Positions 59,705-64,000 of a DNA stretch of 64,000 nt are shown piece after piece. The translations under genes were made by a program, and so were the position numbers. The DNA lies in contig JAPFCR010000032.1 of NCBI GenBank assembly GCA_026169375.1, positions 24,266-88,265 on the forward strand, written 5' to 3'. The DNA is from Sporosarcina sp. GTDB lineage: Bacteria; Bacillota; Bacilli; Bacillales_A; Planococcaceae. Within the stretch, counting starts at the first letter, position 1. Each line of letters opens with the position of its first letter. The notes under the pieces were generated by a model, which was not told where the DNA came from, ran no database searches, and saw only the letters and a list, made by a program, of their open reading frames with translations.

Positions 59705-59884
59705 GTTAAATACCCCCTTTTAAGCCAATTCTAACAAATTCTTATTCAAGAATCATAACCCTCCATGTAACATTCGTGCGAACTCTTATTAAGAATACGC
59801 CCAGATTATTGCTCTATGCTTTCTTTTCCATCCCTAACAGTGTGGATGAAAGCATAAAAAAAGAACACATACAATCTTTCTTTT

Positions 59885-61336
59885 TTAATAAGTTGTAATG
59901 CCAGTTAACTTCTGTACCCAGTAAGTTAGTTTAAGTAATGGTGTCAGTTCGTCTGCATTCGTTTCATAATCTAGTGTAAAAAGACCGTCTTCATTATGCC
60001 ATAAACGCTGGAAGTATTCGTCCACATCTTTCATGACTTCTACATCCGGTTTCGCAGTGACTTTAAGGCCATTTTCTAAATTAAGATCATCTAGGTTCCT
60101 CGTCGTATAGTTTGACGAACCGCCAATTAAAACACTTTCCTCTTTCTTCTTGATATACATTAATTTCGTATGATACTGATCCTTATCGGCGTTATACCAA
60201 CGAATTGAAAGCTTTTCATTTTTATTTAACTCTGAAGCAACCGGTATATTTGGCAAACCTATTTTTTGATTGCCAAAAGCGGCTTTATTTGGATCGAGAA
60301 TAAGCCTTACTTTAGCTCCGCGGTCTGTCGCATCATCAAGTGCATCAATCACACCCCGATTGGCAATGTAAAACATCCCCACCCAGATTTCCTCATCTTT
60401 TTGGACCTGCTCAATTTCATAAAGAATATGTTTTAAGATTTTGCCTTCTGTCAAATATTGTACCGCAATCTTGCCATTTTCCGAAGGCATGTTTTCCGGT
60501 ATGTTAATTTGTGTTTTTCCACCAGAATAATCGATCACCGCTTGCTCGGCTTCCGCAATTGCTGGCAGAATATCTCCTGAAACTTTGAAGGCAATATTGG
60601 ACGCAAACCCACTTTCATTATGAGGATTCGCTGAAGCAATTAAAGACTCATGTTCAGTTAGCAGCACTTTTCTATGGTTTGCCTTCACATTGAATAGCTC
60701 TAAATAAGACCGTACAGTAAGATCCGGTGCTTCTTTAGCGAAAGGATTGGGTAACCATCCTGTGCCGCTTTGTCCAAAAGGTTGAAATAACAGTCGCCAA
60801 ACGGACGAATACATTTTGTTTGAGTCTCGGAGCTCGGTTAGATTTGTCAAAACAACTTCAATGCCTTGTTCTTCAAGCAAGCGGAGATGTGGTTCTTCGT
60901 AAGAGTGGTAACCTGTATTAATTAGATCTGTTATAAAAACGACTTGCAAATCTGGATACTGTTGTTTTTGTTTGATTAACGCTTCTGTAAGTTCGCCGCT
61001 TAAATCAGGGAAGTCCCGGTCCTGATCCGTATAAGCATTAAAAAGAAACATATCTACTACAATGACTTCTTGTGCTTCTTCTACCATATTGAAAGCTTCT
61101 TTGAATATTTCTTGCTCATTCGTCATCTTCCCATTCTTTTTTTCATATGTAAGATCCGCAAGAAACTCGACATGATCTGTATAATAAACATCGCTTTCAA
61201 AAGATAAACCTGCTGGGAGTGATTTGAAACGATTCGCAATACCGATGCCGATTAAAATCAGAAGAAAAGAAAATAAGACAATCCACTTTATCTTACTTCT
61301 TTTCTTATCATGAGTTCTATGCTTTTTTCGCTTCAT
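59885..61336 (-). CDS. Phospholipase D family protein, N-terminally anchored
   Basis: Two HKD-like motifs NHRKVLLTE and YHTKLMYIK; GSSN. Confidence 0.88.
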   Translation of the reverse strand: MKRKKHRTHDKKRSKIKWIVLFSFLLILIGIGIANRFKSLPAGLSFESDVYYTDHVEFLADLTYEKKNGKMTNEQEIFKEAFNMVEEAQEVIVVDMFLFNAYTDQDRDFPDLSGELTEALIKQKQQYPDLQVVFITDLINTGYHSYEEPHLRLLEEQGIEVVLTNLTELRDSNKMYSSVWRLLFQPFGQSGTGWLPNPFAKEAPDLTVRSYLELFNVKANHRKVLLTEHESLIASANPHNESGFASNIAFKVSGDILPAIAEAEQAVIDYSGGKTQINIPENMPSENGKIAVQYLTEGKILKHILYEIEQVQKDEEIWVGMFYIANRGVIDALDDATDRGAKVRLILDPNKAAFGNQKIGLPNIPVASELNKNEKLSIRWYNADKDQYHTKLMYIKKKEESVLIGGSSNYTTRNLDDLNLENGLKVTAKPDVEVMKDVDEYFQRLWHNEDGLFTLDYETNADELTPLLKLTYWVQKLTGITTY

Positions 61337-61473
61337 AAATTTGCCCTCTTTTTTACAAAGTAAGTTCCCTTACTTAATCATTTAAAACCTTTACGCTTCT
61401 AATCAGAAAACTCACTTAAAAAGTCAGCTCAAAAACGACCGTCCTCAATAGATTCCACAACCTTCTTTTCTTC

Positions 61474-63411
61474 TCACAAACAATGCATCGCTTCTTTCGC
61501 TTCATCCCAAGGCACCTGATAGCCTTTTCCATGTAAAATGAAAATAGACGTAGATGTATAGTCAGGATCAGCATTTTTATCATAGCCAATCTCCTCAATA
61601 ACTTCCGCTGGATTATGACAATGATCATAACCGCCAAATGTTAAACTCAGTGCACCTTTCCCACCTGTAATCGATGCGAATGTTGTATGATAATCCATAA
61701 ATGTAGCGACCGGTACTTTTCCTGTGATGATCGTTTGATTGCCAACTGTTTCTGGTGGCTCAAAAGTTCCATATGCTTTTTGAATATCAGACAGAATCCG
61801 TCCCATTAAATCGAGGTCTACTTTTATTTTAAAAGTATAAAACGGTTCAAGTAGAACATTTTTTGCCTGTTCAAGTCCTTGACGAAGCGCACGATAAGTG
61901 GCCTCCCTAAAATCACCTGCAGAAGTATGTTCGTTATGTGCACGACCTGTTAATAACGTGATTTTTACATCTGTAACGGTGGAACCTGTTAATAAACCGT
62001 GATGATCTCGTTCAAAAATATGTTGACGAACAAGATTTTGATTGCCTGTGGATAAATCATTCGCATGACAGGCATTTTCAAATATAATGCCACGATTTCG
62101 TTCTGCTGGTTCTATTTTCAAATGCACTTCTGCATAATGACGTAGCGGTTCGAAATGTCCGTAACCAATCACTGCCGTGTCAATCGTTTCTTTATAAAGA
62201 ATTCGAGGTGTTCCAAAAGAAATATCGATACCGAATCGTTCCTCGACAACTTGTTTCAACACTTCTAGTTGAATCGTTCCCATGACATGGACATGGATTT
62301 CCCCGAAATGTTCACTCCATAAAACGCGTAAAGAAGGGTCTTCCGCGTCTAATTGCTTAAAGTATGCCAACATTTCTTTCGCATGGGTCGAATCGTCAAA
62401 TAAAACAGTTGATGTTAATGTTGGGATTAACTCGAACGTTGTTGTTTCTTCTAGCCCAATCGCGTCACCAATTTCCAAATTCGTTAAACCGGTTACCGCA
62501 AAAACCATTCCAGCAGAAACTTGGTCCACCGCTTCATATTTACTGCCATTGTACAATCGAATCTCTGTGATCTTTTCAAGTGATTCTTTATACGCAATTT
62601 CATCTCGCACCTTTAATATGCCACTTAATGCTTTCATGTAAGTGACTCGATTGCCATTTTCATCATGACGGATTTTATACACTTTGGCAGTGAAAGGTCC
62701 ATCCGCATTATAATTCGTTGTTGTAAGTGCATCGAAAGTCGATAAAAACGCAGTAATCCCTTCATCTTGTAAAGCCGATCCAGCCATACAAAGGAAAAGT
62801 TCATTGTTTTGAATCATCGTTTCCAAAGAGTACCGCCATAACTTTTCGTCGAATTCTCCTTCAAAATAACGTTCAAGAAGAGCTTCATCACGTTCAGCAA
62901 TAAATTCAATTAAATCTTCCGTCATCACACTGTCTTTATAATCATCCGTAAAGTAATACACATCGTCACTTAAATTAGCGCGTATATCATCTAGCACACG
63001 TTCGATATCCGCGCCTTCACGGTCAATTTTATTTATAAAGAAAAAAGTTGGAACCTTATACTTTTGAAGTAATTGCCAAACTGTTTCCGTATGACCTTCT
63101 ACACCTTCGACCGCACTGACAATGACAATTGCGTAATCCATCACTTGAATGGCTCGCTCCATTTCAGGCGAAAAGTCGACGTGGCCTGGTGTATCGATTA
63201 ATGTGTATGTTGTATCACCGTAAGTAAACCGAGCTTGATCTGAAAAGACTGTAATGCCACGATTTCTTTCAATTGTATGATTGTCTAAAAAGGCATCTTG
63301 ATGATCAACACGCCCTCTTTCACGAATGCTATTTGTATGGTAAAGCAATTGCTCTGAAAATGACGTTTTTCCAGCATCTACATGCGCTAGTACTCCGATT
63401 GTTTTGTTCAC
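61474..63411 (-). CDS. EF-G/TetM-like translational GTPase (ribosomal protection family)
   Basis: AHVDAGKT, RGIT, DTPGH, NKID, GSAL; domains II-V; DFREAT, LLEP. Confidence 0.9.
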   Translation of the reverse strand: MNKTIGVLAHVDAGKTSFSEQLLYHTNSIRERGRVDHQDAFLDNHTIERNRGITVFSDQARFTYGDTTYTLIDTPGHVDFSPEMERAIQVMDYAIVIVSAVEGVEGHTETVWQLLQKYKVPTFFFINKIDREGADIERVLDDIRANLSDDVYYFTDDYKDSVMTEDLIEFIAERDEALLERYFEGEFDEKLWRYSLETMIQNNELFLCMAGSALQDEGITAFLSTFDALTTTNYNADGPFTAKVYKIRHDENGNRVTYMKALSGILKVRDEIAYKESLEKITEIRLYNGSKYEAVDQVSAGMVFAVTGLTNLEIGDAIGLEETTTFELIPTLTSTVLFDDSTHAKEMLAYFKQLDAEDPSLRVLWSEHFGEIHVHVMGTIQLEVLKQVVEERFGIDISFGTPRILYKETIDTAVIGYGHFEPLRHYAEVHLKIEPAERNRGIIFENACHANDLSTGNQNLVRQHIFERDHHGLLTGSTVTDVKITLLTGRAHNEHTSAGDFREATYRALRQGLEQAKNVLLEPFYTFKIKVDLDLMGRILSDIQKAYGTFEPPETVGNQTIITGKVPVATFMDYHTTFASITGGKGALSLTFGGYDHCHNPAEVIEEIGYDKNADPDYTSTSIFILHGKGYQVPWDEAKEAMHCL

Positions 63412-63479
63412 AACGTTCCCCCGCTTTTGTTGATTATTTCTATTAGTATAGTACTTTAAAGAGAAGTTTTTATATACAA

Positions 63480-63510
63480 AAAGCTGTGGATATCTTTATC
63501 CACAGCTTTT
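63480..63510 (-). terminator. Intrinsic terminator downstream of fumC
   Basis: AAAAGCTGTGGATA...TATCCACAGCTTTT. Confidence 0.8.
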
Positions 63511-63528
63511 GATAATCGTAAAATTTCA

Positions 63529-63999
63529 TTAATTATTCCCAATCATTTTCGATGGATCCACATACTCATCGAACTGCTCTTCTGTTAACAGACCTGTTTC
63601 AAGTGCAGCTTCTTTTAATGTCGTACCATTTTTATGTGCTGTTTTTGCAATTTTCGCCGCATTTTCATAACCGATATGCGGGTTTAGTGCTGTGACAAGC
63701 ATAAGTGAGTTTTTGAGTAAACCATCAATCGTCTCATGATTTGGCTCAATTCCTACCGCACAGTTATCATTGAAACTAATAATCGAATCACTTAATAATT
63801 GTACAGATTGTAAGAAGTTATGAATAATGACTGGCTTATAAACGTTTAACTCAAAGTTTCCTTGACTCGCTGCAAATCCAATTGCTGCATCATTTCCCAT
63901 CACTTGTGCTGCAACCATTGTAATCGCTTCACTTTGAGTCGGATTTACTTTCCCTGGCATAATTGAACTACCTGGTTCATTTTCAGGAATTGTAATTTC
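63529..63999 (-). CDS. fumC: Class II fumarate hydratase, 5' part beyond window edge (partial)
   Basis: [18 protein letters not shown] signature; GNFELNV; [13 protein letters not shown]. Confidence 0.93.
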   Translation of the reverse strand, partial: EITIPENEPGSSIMPGKVNPTQSEAITMVAAQVMGNDAAIGFAASQGNFELNVYKPVIIHNFLQSVQLLSDSIISFNDNCAVGIEPNHETIDGLLKNSLMLVTALNPHIGYENAAKIAKTAHKNGTTLKEAALETGLLTEEQFDEYVDPSKMIGNN

Positions 64000-64000
64000 A

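Larger units (their letters stand above)
59072..59814 (-). repeat. Array of degenerate ~30-bp imperfect palindromes between small genes
   Basis: Copies at 59072-59099, 59113-59146, 59410-59441, 59785-59814 and a half-site at 59741-59754, sharing AAT(C/A)GGG-N10-11-AA(T/C)AA on the minus strand (59410 copy weakest). Confidence 0.55.

Noticed and set aside
2060-62641. Many short ORFs in the track that overlap longer genes on the opposite strand or another frame (e.g. 2877-3179, 10613-11056, 31688-32134, 42776-43183, 49899-50303, 59211-59627)
   Set aside because: Shadow ORFs of well-supported genes; no RBS or recognisable motifs.
61474-63411. Acquired tetM on a Tn916-like element
   Set aside because: No integrase, conjugation genes or leader peptide; composition matches the chromosome; gene symbol withheld.
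1-64000. tRNA, rRNA, prophage, IS transposase or defence-system genes
   Set aside because: No such sequences or motifs recognised on either strand.

Overview
Low-GC Bacillales chromosomal segment; gene content suggests Planococcaceae/Sporosarcina-like (inference). It is mostly housekeeping, transport and stress genes: tcyP (partial), cls, yidC, mntR, the mrp/mnhA-G antiporter, murB, ppaC, nsrR-hmp, an Opu-type ABC, mgtE, a Fur-boxed yclNOPQ-type siderophore ABC, hflX, putP, nfsA, a TetM-like GTPase and partial fumC. No rRNA, tRNA, CRISPR, prophage or transposase was seen. The best candidate for an undescribed system is a tetrapyrrole locus at 14.9-20.8 kb. It holds two divergent coproheme decarboxylase (ChdC/HemQ) paralogs with different active-site substitutions, one carrying the chlorite-dismutase-type distal Arg. 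The same locus encodes a FecCD-type ABC importer whose IsdE-like binding protein appears to lack both heme-iron ligands, and a ferrochelatase (HemH/CpfC) outside the usual hemE-hemH-hemY operon. Together these suggest a porphyrin-salvage module (hypothesis). Also notable: five copies or fragments of a bcr1-like TTTAT-flanked interspersed repeat; a cluster of small genes at 58.8-59.8 kb separated by degenerate ~30-bp palindromes (cassette-like); a perfect three-way-junction hairpin upstream of mgtE where no M-box is seen; and two small ORFs missing from the ORF track. All family assignments come from motif recognition by eye, not database searches.
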